In this document: positions 10,851 through 19,790 of the stretch, in pieces
Layout: each line of letters begins with the position of its first letter
How positions within the stretch are numbered: position 1 is the stretch's first letter
DNA from: a virus
Strand: one strand, 5' to 3'
DNA length: 64,000 bases
Virus record (IMG/VR): IMGVR_UViG_3300042464_001105
Location: 1 to 64,000 of that record
Program-made: the position numbers and the translations under genes
The notes under the pieces: model-generated
What the model saw: only the letters and a program-made list of their open reading frames with translations
The model's database searches: none
Told to the model about the DNA's origin: nothing

Positions 10851-11328
10851 AGGCGTGCCGTATTTGGAGGGATGTTCAAATGAAGCGGGAATGCCCAAAC
10901 CGCTCGATTGTAGCAACTCGAGCACTTCATTGCGTCAGAATTCTGGCCGCTGGATGTCCAGTGTCCATAGTTGGAAACGATTGAAAAGAGTTTCATTGCG
11001 TCTGCGAAGTTGCCCATCTCCAAGGCTGTATTTCGGGGTCGTGGAACTCAGAGCAGTTGCATCGACTTCGGCTTCGAACAGTCGGAGTTTTTTCGAATTC
11101 AATCCTCACCGGTCACCCAAACGTCACCCAAACCGGAGCGACTTAGATTCTGTGCGATCCTGATTTTTGACCTTATCGATTTTTCCGGTTTTCCGGCCTG
11201 GGGTGACCACAGTTGTCAACTCTTCGCCGTCTGATAGATCGCCAAAAGGAAAAATAGCTAGCACTCGCTGGCGGCAGTTCTGACTTCATGGACGGACACA
11301 ATGAGCCGCATTTTGTATCAGGAATATC

Positions 11329-12570
11329 ATGCCAAGTTTTCATCTTCCTCATTTCAATGACATCGCAATTCTGCGATCGATCGAACCTAATCGCTTCCGA
11401 ATATTTCTGATGCGATTCGACACTTATCTACGCAACCAAGGATTTACCATCCCCGAGTTTGCGGTTTTTACAGATTCTGATTTGCAGTGTCTGATCGGTA
11501 TTTTTAACGCACACGACGGCTCAACTCCGGCCGACATGATCGAGGCGCTGTTCCACATAAGCGAAGTTGCCAACGACCAGGGAATGGAAGCCCTGTTGTT
11601 GGTCGTTTCCAAAACTGGCCTTGAGTTGCCTGAAGGCGATCTCACACCGGCCGACCTCGCTCTGCTGATCTGGTTGATCGATCCGGACCTGCTGCGCCGC
11701 ACGAACTGTGAACGCATTGTGGTGCGGTTTCAGTCGTTCTATTGCTTCATGAATAGCACGCTCGAAGCCCCGTTGTTCGAATTGCCGGGCGACTCCGTTC
11801 TAAAGAGGATTGAAGAACGGACCAACCAGTTCAACCGCAATCGACGGCGTTGCGGTGGCGCGGCGGTCTGGATGTACGAGTTCGGCAACGAGATTGCTTT
11901 CCTTATTCGTTTCGGTGGTTCGCTCAAGCGGGATGAAGTCATGGACAACGATATGTGCCGGCCCGACATTCGTCGCCCTGTAGACTATGACTTGGTTGTC
12001 TATAACATCGAGACAGGTGAGTTGCGCATTCGAGCCGACCTGGTCAGCGAACGTCGATTTTATTGTCGCTTGTTCAGCGAGCAACTGTTTGCAGATCCTG
12101 AATTCTTTGAGCATGGAGAGACATTCAATCTCGATGTTATCTATCGGCTTGGCGAAGACGTTCAATCGCCCGGGATGGTTTTCGGCATCAAGAAAGTTAC
12201 TTTGGTTGAAATTCAGGAGGTCCTGCTAGGTGAAAAGACGCTCCATATCACGTTTAAAAGCGAGGCGATCTTTGAAGCTTTGCGTGAGCACAACAAGCGA
12301 TTGGTTCCGAACGGACGGCTACTGAGTGCCAAGTTTAGGATAGTCCTCGAGGACGTCGGCGAAGTGATAGCGACGGTCTGCTCTGGCAACAAGATTCGAT
12401 TAAGTCGCCAAGTAGGAATCGCTGCAATCGATCGTTGGATGATTCATCACGGTATCCGAGTTCCGCAAAATGAAACCCTCAGAATGCAGGCAGCTTCGCC
12501 TCTGGCAAACCATCTCGCGAATCCCAAGCCTCAAGGCACCGATGTTTCTGTGGCGAGCAGAACTGGCTGA
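11329..12570 (+). CDS. Hypothetical protein at prophage left end
   Basis: 413-aa ORF with AGGA RBS. No recognised motif. Confidence 0.75.
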   Translation: MPSFHLPHFNDIAILRSIEPNRFRIFLMRFDTYLRNQGFTIPEFAVFTDSDLQCLIGIFNAHDGSTPADMIEALFHISEVANDQGMEALLLVVSKTGLELPEGDLTPADLALLIWLIDPDLLRRTNCERIVVRFQSFYCFMNSTLEAPLFELPGDSVLKRIEERTNQFNRNRRRCGGAAVWMYEFGNEIAFLIRFGGSLKRDEVMDNDMCRPDIRRPVDYDLVVYNIETGELRIRADLVSERRFYCRLFSEQLFADPEFFEHGETFNLDVIYRLGEDVQSPGMVFGIKKVTLVEIQEVLLGEKTLHITFKSEAIFEALREHNKRLVPNGRLLSAKFRIVLEDVGEVIATVCSGNKIRLSRQVGIAAIDRWMIHHGIRVPQNETLRMQAASPLANHLANPKPQGTDVSVASRTG

Positions 12571-13672
12571 AGACTGGGCGGATGGTCAGAAGCTTCTGAC
12601 GGCGACTCCTGAGCTGGCGGCATGGACGCTAGCCAGCGATGGTGTCACACCCTGCGATGTAATCGAGCACCGCGATGGCACGTTGGTGGGAATCAATCGC
12701 GTCGTCGGTGAGTCGTTCGAGGTAACTCGCGATACACAAATCGTCTGCAAGTTGAATCTGCGATCACTTGCGACGCGGATCGTGGAAGCTCTCCAAGGTC
12801 GGATCGACTACAGCTTGAACTTACCAGATGCCAATTTGCATCGCATTGGCCGGCTGCCACCACGGCTTGCTTCAGCGGCAGTCCACTTGTGTGTTCGCAG
12901 TGATGCCGAATCGCTTCTTGCGGCATCGTCTTCGCTCGCTAGCTCCTCGCAACTCGTAATCCTCGTTTCAACACTACTACATACAAACATCGATGTTGAC
13001 GCGATCGCAGTTCGCTTTAAGACCATCGTGGTTGCGCTCGATGAGCTAATCGTGGAGCGAGATGGGCGGTGGCATTGTCAGCCCCACATGCTTGACGAGC
13101 TGCGCAATCGGCTGGGCATTGGAGATACAGCTGATGTCAATTCGTTTCGGCTGGAGGGTGAAAACTACCAGATCCGCTTCTCTGGTCAACAATTTTCGCT
13201 GTCGAACTCAGTGGGCCTCTGGTATCTGCGTGAACTGTTAACTCATCCCAACCAGGTGTTTGATCCGGTTGAGCTTGAGTCAGCACGCACAGGAGTTCGC
13301 GGCCGCTCCTCGAATAGCTCAACCGGTGAATCCTTCGATGCCGAGGCAAAGCGAGAGTATGCACGAAAGCTCAGCGAAATCGATGAAGAGTTAGAGGAAG
13401 CCACTCAATTCAACGATCTAGCAAGTATGGAGCGATTGCAGTCGGATAGGGAAAAACTGATCGACCACATCTCGAAAGCGACAGGCAAAGGGGGCAAAGC
13501 ACGCGTCTCAACCGACGCATCGCGAGCGCGGAAGAACATCCGTCAGCAGGTCAATCGCGACATTGACCGTATCAGTAAATCATCTACCGAGCTGGCGGAG
13601 CATCTACGAACTGCGTTTCAGGGCGAGTCGCTGAGCTACAGGCCAACTCAAGACCCAGGCTGGCAATTCTAG
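12470..13672 (+). CDS. Putative transcriptional regulator (C-terminal wHTH/coiled-coil)
   Basis: GLWYLRELLTHPNQ...EIDEELEEATQFND...RARKNIRQQVNRDIDRI resembles C-termini of ATPase-linked regulators. Confidence 0.6.
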   Translation: MKPSECRQLRLWQTISRIPSLKAPMFLWRAELAEDWADGQKLLTATPELAAWTLASDGVTPCDVIEHRDGTLVGINRVVGESFEVTRDTQIVCKLNLRSLATRIVEALQGRIDYSLNLPDANLHRIGRLPPRLASAAVHLCVRSDAESLLAASSSLASSSQLVILVSTLLHTNIDVDAIAVRFKTIVVALDELIVERDGRWHCQPHMLDELRNRLGIGDTADVNSFRLEGENYQIRFSGQQFSLSNSVGLWYLRELLTHPNQVFDPVELESARTGVRGRSSNSSTGESFDAEAKREYARKLSEIDEELEEATQFNDLASMERLQSDREKLIDHISKATGKGGKARVSTDASRARKNIRQQVNRDIDRISKSSTELAEHLRTAFQGESLSYRPTQDPGWQF

Positions 13673-13684
13673 AAAAATCTTCTC

Positions 13685-13722
13685 GGCTCACGCTTTGAGC
13701 CAACGACTCATGTTTTGAGTCG
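13685..13722. promoter_or_regulatory. Two tandem palindromic operators GRCTCA-N5-TGAGYC
   Basis: GGCTCA-cgctt-TGAGCC (13685-13701) and CGACTCA-tgttt-TGAGTCG (13704-13722), in the intergenic gap upstream of the sigma gene. Confidence 0.6.
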
Positions 13723-13859
13723 CCGTGACTCCGGCTGACGGATGCGACTAAGTCCGAGATAAGCCAGCCCGTGTTGTCTCTGCGAATGAACCGATTCGCA
13801 GCACGGTTCTGCTGGTGATTTTCTTGGAACAAGTCGTCCTCCCAGCCGGAGGAAGAACT

Positions 13860-14549
13860 TTGATCACACTGGAGATTCGTCAGAAAATACTCAGCCATGC
13901 TACCAAGTTGGCTGGCAAGGTCGTGTGTCGCCTCGAGCACCGCTCGGACCTCTCAAGCATGGAGCCCGAGGATATCGAGCAAGAGTTGCTGGCTTATGTT
14001 CTCGAGCATATGGACCGCTTTAATCCCGGCCGGGGCAGCATCGAGGCATTCACGACACGGCTGATGCAAAACGCAGTCGCCAAGCTGATCCGCGAGTCGA
14101 ACAAGGTGAGCTGCAATCCGCCAGAGGGTGTCGAACTGCAGTCGCTCTCCAAAACCGTAGAAGGTCCCCATCGAAAAAGCGAATCGCTGACCAAAGGGAT
14201 CGCGACTTCCGACAACGACCGCCGCCGGCAAACCGTCTCTCGGGACCCTCTTCAAGACCTCGATCTGGCTGACGCGATCGAACACCAGATTCGAACTTTG
14301 CCAGGGGTTTATCGGAAATTTGCTCGACTGCTGCAAACCTGCAACCAAGCCGAGAGTGGTTTTCGACTTGGTTGGTCTCGTCGACGAATTTCTGAAGCAA
14401 TGGGCGTAATTCGCCAGCATTTTGCGGGAGTCGAATGGGGTGAAATTGATTTTTTTCGGGACGAGGTCCGGCCAAATTGCATAGCTAGTACTGGAGAGGA
14501 TGACTTTTCGATTCACGACCACGACATCAACACGGAGAAGCCCCTGTGA
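13860..14549 (+). CDS. Phage sigma-70/ECF-like RNA polymerase sigma factor
   Basis: EDIEQELLAYVLEHMDRFNPGRGSIEAFTTR (region 2-like) and a C-terminal HTH. GGAGG RBS before TTG 13860. Confidence 0.75.
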   Translation: MITLEIRQKILSHATKLAGKVVCRLEHRSDLSSMEPEDIEQELLAYVLEHMDRFNPGRGSIEAFTTRLMQNAVAKLIRESNKVSCNPPEGVELQSLSKTVEGPHRKSESLTKGIATSDNDRRRQTVSRDPLQDLDLADAIEHQIRTLPGVYRKFARLLQTCNQAESGFRLGWSRRRISEAMGVIRQHFAGVEWGEIDFFRDEVRPNCIASTGEDDFSIHDHDINTEKPL

Positions 14550-14779
14550 ACTCACCCGATATCGAGACCCGCGTAAACACCTCACTCGCAGTTGGACGGT
14601 ACTTGCGTGCGTTCACTCGCTACGAAGCAGCGAGTAAGGAATTCAACGAAGCATGTTCAGCACTACGCAACCAGTTGGTCGAACCAAGCCGCTTCATCAC
14701 CAAGATCGACTTCAAGCACTACTTGGTCACCTCAGACCTGGAACGCAACTTTGAAGTCGAAGAAATCGAGCTGATCTAG
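14546..14779 (+). CDS. Small hypothetical protein
   Basis: GTGA overlap with upstream stop, GGAG RBS. Confidence 0.7.
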   Translation: MNSPDIETRVNTSLAVGRYLRAFTRYEAASKEFNEACSALRNQLVEPSRFITKIDFKHYLVTSDLERNFEVEEIELI

Positions 14780-14808
14780 CTGCTCAAGTTCGAACTGCGA
14801 CCTCTTCA

Positions 14809-15057
14809 TTGCCTTATGAAAGTGACACCGTGAATAAGCCATTACTACCAACCGAAGCCGGCTACCGTCGCTGCCTTAAGTGCAACGAAAGCTTCCATTC
14901 AAAGGGAGCTGGTAATCGGATCTGCAAGGACTGCCGAAGGATCAACGCTGCTCTCGGACCAATCTCTGAGGCCCAATTGGCGGCTCAGAGAGGCGTCAAG
15001 CGGATGAATGGAATCCCGCTCGAAGACCCCAATAGCTACGAGTCGAGCTTTTCCTGA
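14809..15057 (+). CDS. Small Zn-ribbon protein
   Basis: CLKC...RICKDC. Confidence 0.65.
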   Translation: MPYESDTVNKPLLPTEAGYRRCLKCNESFHSKGAGNRICKDCRRINAALGPISEAQLAAQRGVKRMNGIPLEDPNSYESSFS

Positions 15058-15091
15058 TCCACCAACAACCAATCATTTGATCAAAGCACCC

Positions 15092-16138
15092 ATGTCCCAA
15101 GTCATCACCCAAACTGAAGCGAATGACAAGACGCTGCTGACCTATTCAGCGCTCAACACATTTCGCAATTGTCCCCGAAAGTACAAGAACCGCTATCTCG
15201 ACAACCTGCGGCCGCGTGAGCGTGCCGAAGCGTTGTCTTTTGGCAACGTAATCCACAGTGTCATTGAATTATGGTATCGCTCCGTCCGAGATCCGAATCG
15301 CTTGGAATTGGTTTTGAATCATCTAGACCAACAATTCCCAGATCGAAACGTTGACGACTTACAAAAGTCACTTTGGCATCTGGCTCGGGCCATGTTCACA
15401 GGGTATGCCAACCGCTATGCGACCGAAGACTTCGACATCATTGAGATTGAGAAGGAGTTTGTCGGTGAGATTCGTAATCCCGATACCGGACGCCAAAGCC
15501 AAACGTTTCGAATTGCGGGCAAGGTCGATGGAATCGTCCAGTGCCATGATGGAATGTATCTGCTCGAGCATAAGACTGCAGCAAACGTCGACGCCAATTA
15601 TCTCGACAAGCTGTGGACCGATACGCAGATTGCCCTCTATAGCCATTACCTGCGTGAGCTTGGCTATCCAATCGTCGGCGTCATTTACAACGTTCTTTTG
15701 AAATCACGTCTCAAACAAGGACGTGGTGAAACGCAAGCTGAGTACGAGGTTCGGCTTTCGGAACTAGCCGCGAAGAACAAGAGTGGCAAGTCCACAGCGA
15801 AGCGGCAGTTGCCCGAGTCGGACGAAGATTTTCAAGCACGACTAGCGGAATGGTACTCGCGACCCGATGCCTTCCATCGCGAGTTCATTTACTTGTCTGA
15901 AGATCGACTCGCCATGCTTCAAGACGAAGTTTGGGAGATCACCCAACAGTATCTCGATGCCAAGCGCCGAGGCAAGTGGCTACTAAATACGTCGAATTGC
16001 TTCTCGTACCAGAGGCCATGTGAGTACCTCAGCTTCTGCCAAAGCGGCTTCAATCCCAACGTTGCAGACAACCTCTATGAGATTGCACTGCCACACGAAG
16101 AACTCTCCCCTGTTGATTCTTACGCACCCTCGTTTTGA
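15092..16138 (+). CDS. PD-(D/E)XK (RecB/Cas4-like) exonuclease
   Basis: TYSALNTFRNCPRKY, FGNVIH, GKVDG..LLEHKT, C-terminal NCF..PCEY..FC Fe-S-type cysteines. Confidence 0.88.
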   Translation: MSQVITQTEANDKTLLTYSALNTFRNCPRKYKNRYLDNLRPRERAEALSFGNVIHSVIELWYRSVRDPNRLELVLNHLDQQFPDRNVDDLQKSLWHLARAMFTGYANRYATEDFDIIEIEKEFVGEIRNPDTGRQSQTFRIAGKVDGIVQCHDGMYLLEHKTAANVDANYLDKLWTDTQIALYSHYLRELGYPIVGVIYNVLLKSRLKQGRGETQAEYEVRLSELAAKNKSGKSTAKRQLPESDEDFQARLAEWYSRPDAFHREFIYLSEDRLAMLQDEVWEITQQYLDAKRRGKWLLNTSNCFSYQRPCEYLSFCQSGFNPNVADNLYEIALPHEELSPVDSYAPSF

Positions 16139-16154
16139 AAGGTAATTGAACAAG

Positions 16155-16937
16155 ATGACATTAACCCTACCAACGGAAAGAACCAAGAACGTGACCGAAC
16201 TTGGGAAGCAGACAATCTTAATCTACTCGGCACCCAAGTTAGGCAAAAGTAGTTGGTCTGCCAGGTTTCCTGAGGCGATTTTCTTCGAATGCGAGCCAGG
16301 CCTAAATCACCTCGAGGTATTCAAGGTCCCTACCTACAAGTGGGAGGACTTCCTCGATGCTTGCAAGCTCATTGCCAAAGGGGACCACCCGTTCAATACG
16401 ATCGTTATCGATACCGTCGACAACGCTTTCAAAATGTGCAGCGAGCATGTTTGTGGCAAGCATGGGATCGATTATGAAGGGGACCTCGGCCATGGAAAAG
16501 GCTGGGCTTTGGTCAAAAACGAGTGGCACCGGGTGTTAACTCGACTGGCAAGCCTTCCCTACGGTTTGATTCTCATCTCCCACGCTCAGGACAAGACTAT
16601 CGAGACGCGGACCGGTGAATACACCAAGACCCAACCGAGTCTTCCGGATCGTGCCCGAAACGTTGTTTTGGGACTAGTCGACATCATCCTCTTCGGTGAT
16701 TCGATTCCAAAGAAAGATACCGCAGGCAATGTGACTATTGAACGTGTGCTGCGCACCAAACCGCATCCAACCTACGAAGCGGGCGATCGCACTGGCCGCT
16801 TACCTGACATTCTACCTCTTGATTACGACGCCTTTGTAAAGGCATTCAATTCACCCGTTCGAGGCCAGCAAACCGGCAATGGCAGCGAAGCGAATTGTTC
16901 TTTGCCGGCAAGTACCCCTATTGGAAAGGTCAAGTAA
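16155..16937 (+). CDS. Sak4-like AAA ATPase / annealase
   Basis: Walker A-like SAPKLGKS, Walker B IVIDT, ILISH. Confidence 0.8.
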   Translation: MTLTLPTERTKNVTELGKQTILIYSAPKLGKSSWSARFPEAIFFECEPGLNHLEVFKVPTYKWEDFLDACKLIAKGDHPFNTIVIDTVDNAFKMCSEHVCGKHGIDYEGDLGHGKGWALVKNEWHRVLTRLASLPYGLILISHAQDKTIETRTGEYTKTQPSLPDRARNVVLGLVDIILFGDSIPKKDTAGNVTIERVLRTKPHPTYEAGDRTGRLPDILPLDYDAFVKAFNSPVRGQQTGNGSEANCSLPASTPIGKVK

Positions 16938-17392
16938 TGAGCGAATACGAAAGTTATGAATGCGACAGCGTCGATCTCACATCCTTTGACGATGAGTTCG
17001 CATCAGTGGAGGCTCCAAGCCAGGAGGATGTCCCCGATGGCAAGTATCAAGTCCGCATCGACTCGGTGCGACTCGAGCACAGCCAGAAAGGCGATCCGAT
17101 GATCAAGTGGGGTTTGGTAATTCTATCGGGATCCCACGCGGGCCGTCGAATCTTCAAAAATTCCGTGATTACCGCAGCATCATTGCCGTTTGTCAAAGGA
17201 GATCTGAAGACTCTGGGCTTGGTACTAACGAAGTTCAGCGAGTTGGCTGGACGCCTCGAGGAGTTGCTGGATGTGACTCTGGAGCTAACCAAGCGCACCA
17301 AGGGTGAGTACTCCAACGTGTATTTCAATCGTCGGATCCAAATTGCGATTACTACGACGAGTCATCGTGTGGATACCGGCCTTCCGTTCTAG
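16937..17392 (+). CDS. DUF669-type ssDNA-binding protein
   Basis: VPDGKYQVRI, C-terminal LPF, position after Sak4-like ATPase. Confidence 0.75.
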   Translation: MSEYESYECDSVDLTSFDDEFASVEAPSQEDVPDGKYQVRIDSVRLEHSQKGDPMIKWGLVILSGSHAGRRIFKNSVITAASLPFVKGDLKTLGLVLTKFSELAGRLEELLDVTLELTKRTKGEYSNVYFNRRIQIAITTTSHRVDTGLPF

Positions 17393-17491
17393 CGAATGAG
17401 GTTGACTTAGAATTCTTGCGTTTCAATTGATGCAGGGGTGCGACCCGAACGACGGGGAGAACAAGTCGTGACCGCCGGAGAGTCGGCATAC

Positions 17492-17554
17492 GGATCGGCG
17501 GCGTGGTGGGACACGCAAGTTGAGCAAAGGCAGGTTCGAATCCTGCTCGATCCT
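17492..17554 (+). ncRNA. tRNA-like element lacking an anticodon arm
   Basis: Acceptor stem GGATCGG/TCGATCC, D-arm GCGT-GGTGGGAC-ACGC, T-arm GCAGG-TTCGAAT-CCTGC. Only 13 nt lie between the D and T arms. Confidence 0.6.
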
Positions 17555-17587
17555 TTTCAGCAAGGTCTAGATTTGGAGGTATCAAGT

Positions 17588-18388
17588 TTGGAGATCAACG
17601 CAACCATTATCGCTAAAGGAGCCCCAAATCGCTGTTCAGACGGAAGCACAACGATGTGTGCGATAGGTGTATCAGAAGAACTCGGATTGATTCGATTGTA
17701 TCCCCTCAGCGTATCTGATGATCGCTTGCTAAAGGTTTGGTCAAAGGTACGCGTAAGATCGCAGAAGGACAATCGAAATGAATCATGGAAAGTCATGGAA
17801 TCACACTTCGAAGGATTGATTGAATCGCGAAACGAGAAGATAGATTTACTCGATGCATGCATACTGCGTTCTGGTACAGTTGATCCGATCGATTATCAAA
17901 ACAAACATCGACGTAGCATTTGCGTCGTGAAAGTCGAAGGTCGGCTTGGCGGCTCCATCGAAGCGAGGCCCGACTACGAACATCACCTTCAATCTTCAGT
18001 TAACGATTCCTGGGTATTGCCACAAAACGCTTTTCCGTTTAAGCCGTACTTGCACTGGACGAGCGCTCAAGGCGCCCAGCACAAGACTCACTTAGTCGGT
18101 CAAGAAGTGTATTACGCATTGCATAAAAACGCGAACTCACCGTTCCGCATTTTTGAAAACATGTCGATTGGTAATCCTGATTTTGTGCATTGGATCGTTC
18201 TAGGAAACATGAAGGACCGGCGTAACGTGTGGGTCGCGGCACATTTACACAGACTAAAAGCCACCATGCAACCAACATTGCCATTCACGGTGGATGATCG
18301 CAAGAGTGACGCTTGGCCATACCTGTCCCAAGAGAAATGCAACTCTCAGAAATCCGGTCGACAGATGCAATTCAACTTCTGCACTTAA
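17588..18388 (+). CDS. Hypothetical protein, probable OB-fold family (C-x-x-G...IRLYP)
   Basis: GGAGG RBS before TTG 17588. TMCAIGVSEELGLIRLYP...KDNRNESWK. Confidence 0.6.
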   Translation: MEINATIIAKGAPNRCSDGSTTMCAIGVSEELGLIRLYPLSVSDDRLLKVWSKVRVRSQKDNRNESWKVMESHFEGLIESRNEKIDLLDACILRSGTVDPIDYQNKHRRSICVVKVEGRLGGSIEARPDYEHHLQSSVNDSWVLPQNAFPFKPYLHWTSAQGAQHKTHLVGQEVYYALHKNANSPFRIFENMSIGNPDFVHWIVLGNMKDRRNVWVAAHLHRLKATMQPTLPFTVDDRKSDAWPYLSQEKCNSQKSGRQMQFNFCT

Positions 18389-18397
18389 GGAGAGAAA

Positions 18398-19378
18398 GTG
18401 GTTATGGAATTTCACGAGGCTGCATGTATCTTCCCCATGATGACGGACGAGCAGATTGAATCGCTTGCAAAGGACATCGAAACCAACGGTTTGATTGTTC
18501 CGATTTCTGTAATGGATGGAAGGATACTCGACGGGCGAAACCGCTGGATAGCGTGTTCAAAGATATCCAAGACACCAAAGACGGTGAACGTCAATCCGTC
18601 AGATCCAATTGCATATGTGCTAAGCATGAACCGGGAAAGGCGGCATCTTGATGATGGGCAAGCGGCGATGGCCGGTGCTCGCGGAAAGGAATTGTATGAA
18701 CGACAAGCGAAAGAACGACAGGGAAAAAGAAACGACTTAACTTCTGGGCCAATTGTCCCACAAGTAAAGCAAAGTCAACAGGTACATAGAGCCCGCGATA
18801 AGGCCGGTGAAGCTGTAGGCGTTAGCGGCAAGCAGGTCGATCGAGCCACTAAAGTGCTAACTCATGGATCAAGGGCCCTCATTGAAGCCTGTGACAAAGG
18901 CGAAGTAGCCGTTTCTGCCGCGGCTAAGTTGGCGGTTCTGCCCAAGGCAGTTCAATCCGAGGTCATTAAGCAAGCTCGAGACGACGGCAGGGATATCGGC
19001 AAGGCTGTCGCTCAAGCCGCAAAGCATGCGGTCGCACGATCCGATGAAGTATGGACCGAAAGCGAATTAGAAAGAAAAGAGCTGGTTATGAAAGGCGTGT
19101 CGGTAGTTGCGAACAAGCGTACTGATGGACGGTTGATTCGTTGGGCATGCGAGAATCGTTGTTATGTGCCGATAGATCGAGGCACGCAATGGGGAAATCC
19201 ATTCATCGTCGACGAGGATGGCGACAGAGATCGTGTATGCGATTCCTTCGATGTGTTTTTTGAACTCAAACCTAGCCTGCAAAACAAAATCCACTCACTC
19301 AAAGGCAAAGTACTTGGTTGTTGGTGTTACCCTTGCCGATGCCACGGCGATCGATTGTGCGGAGAAGCGAACAAGTAG
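18398..19378 (+). CDS. ParB/Srx-like N-terminus fused to DUF4326
   Basis: IFPMM..LAKDIETNGL..ILDGRNR..N.ERRHL, then IDRGTQWGNPF...LKGKVLGCWCYPCRCHGD. Confidence 0.8.
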   Translation: MVMEFHEAACIFPMMTDEQIESLAKDIETNGLIVPISVMDGRILDGRNRWIACSKISKTPKTVNVNPSDPIAYVLSMNRERRHLDDGQAAMAGARGKELYERQAKERQGKRNDLTSGPIVPQVKQSQQVHRARDKAGEAVGVSGKQVDRATKVLTHGSRALIEACDKGEVAVSAAAKLAVLPKAVQSEVIKQARDDGRDIGKAVAQAAKHAVARSDEVWTESELERKELVMKGVSVVANKRTDGRLIRWACENRCYVPIDRGTQWGNPFIVDEDGDRDRVCDSFDVFFELKPSLQNKIHSLKGKVLGCWCYPCRCHGDRLCGEANK

Positions 19379-19397
19379 AAAACCGGAGCAAGGAAGC

Positions 19398-19790
19398 ATG
19401 TTCAAATTGGAATTGGAATATCCGCCAACCATCAACCACCAGTTCAGTTTCCGCCAAGGGCGCCCAGTGCTTTCCAAGGATGCGCGAGCCTATCGGCAAA
19501 CCGTTCGCCGTCAACTCATGCTGGCAAAGGTCAAACCGATGATGGGCAAGATTGCCGTGCAGATTGAGCTATTTCCACCGGATGCTCGACGGCGAGATTG
19601 TGACAACGTGCAGAAGCCAATTCTGGATGCGTTGCAGCAAGCCGGTGCATTTTGGGACGACTCGCAGGTTGTTTGGTTGCTGACGATCAAATCAGAACCA
19701 GTTTCCGGCGGCAAGGCAATTGTGACGATCAGTGAAATTGAAGAAGTTCGACAACCATTTATGTTTTCATATCAGGAGTCGCTTGCGTGA
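19398..19790 (+). CDS. rusA: RusA-family Holliday junction resolvase
   Basis: YPPTIN, PPDARRRDCDNVQKPILDAL, DDSQV. Confidence 0.9.
   Translation: MFKLELEYPPTINHQFSFRQGRPVLSKDARAYRQTVRRQLMLAKVKPMMGKIAVQIELFPPDARRRDCDNVQKPILDALQQAGAFWDDSQVVWLLTIKSEPVSGGKAIVTISEIEEVRQPFMFSYQESLA

Noticed and set aside
15092-16138. Cas4-like nuclease as evidence of CRISPR
   Set aside because: The context is a phage Sak4/SSB recombination module and there is no array.
17492-17554. Functional tRNA gene or attB-derived tRNA fragment
   Set aside because: No anticodon arm; it lies mid-prophage, retains both 5' and 3' halves, and no second copy was seen.
17438-17587. N-terminal extension of the 316-aa ORF
   Set aside because: It overlaps the tRNA-like structure; a better start is TTG 17588 with GGAGG RBS.
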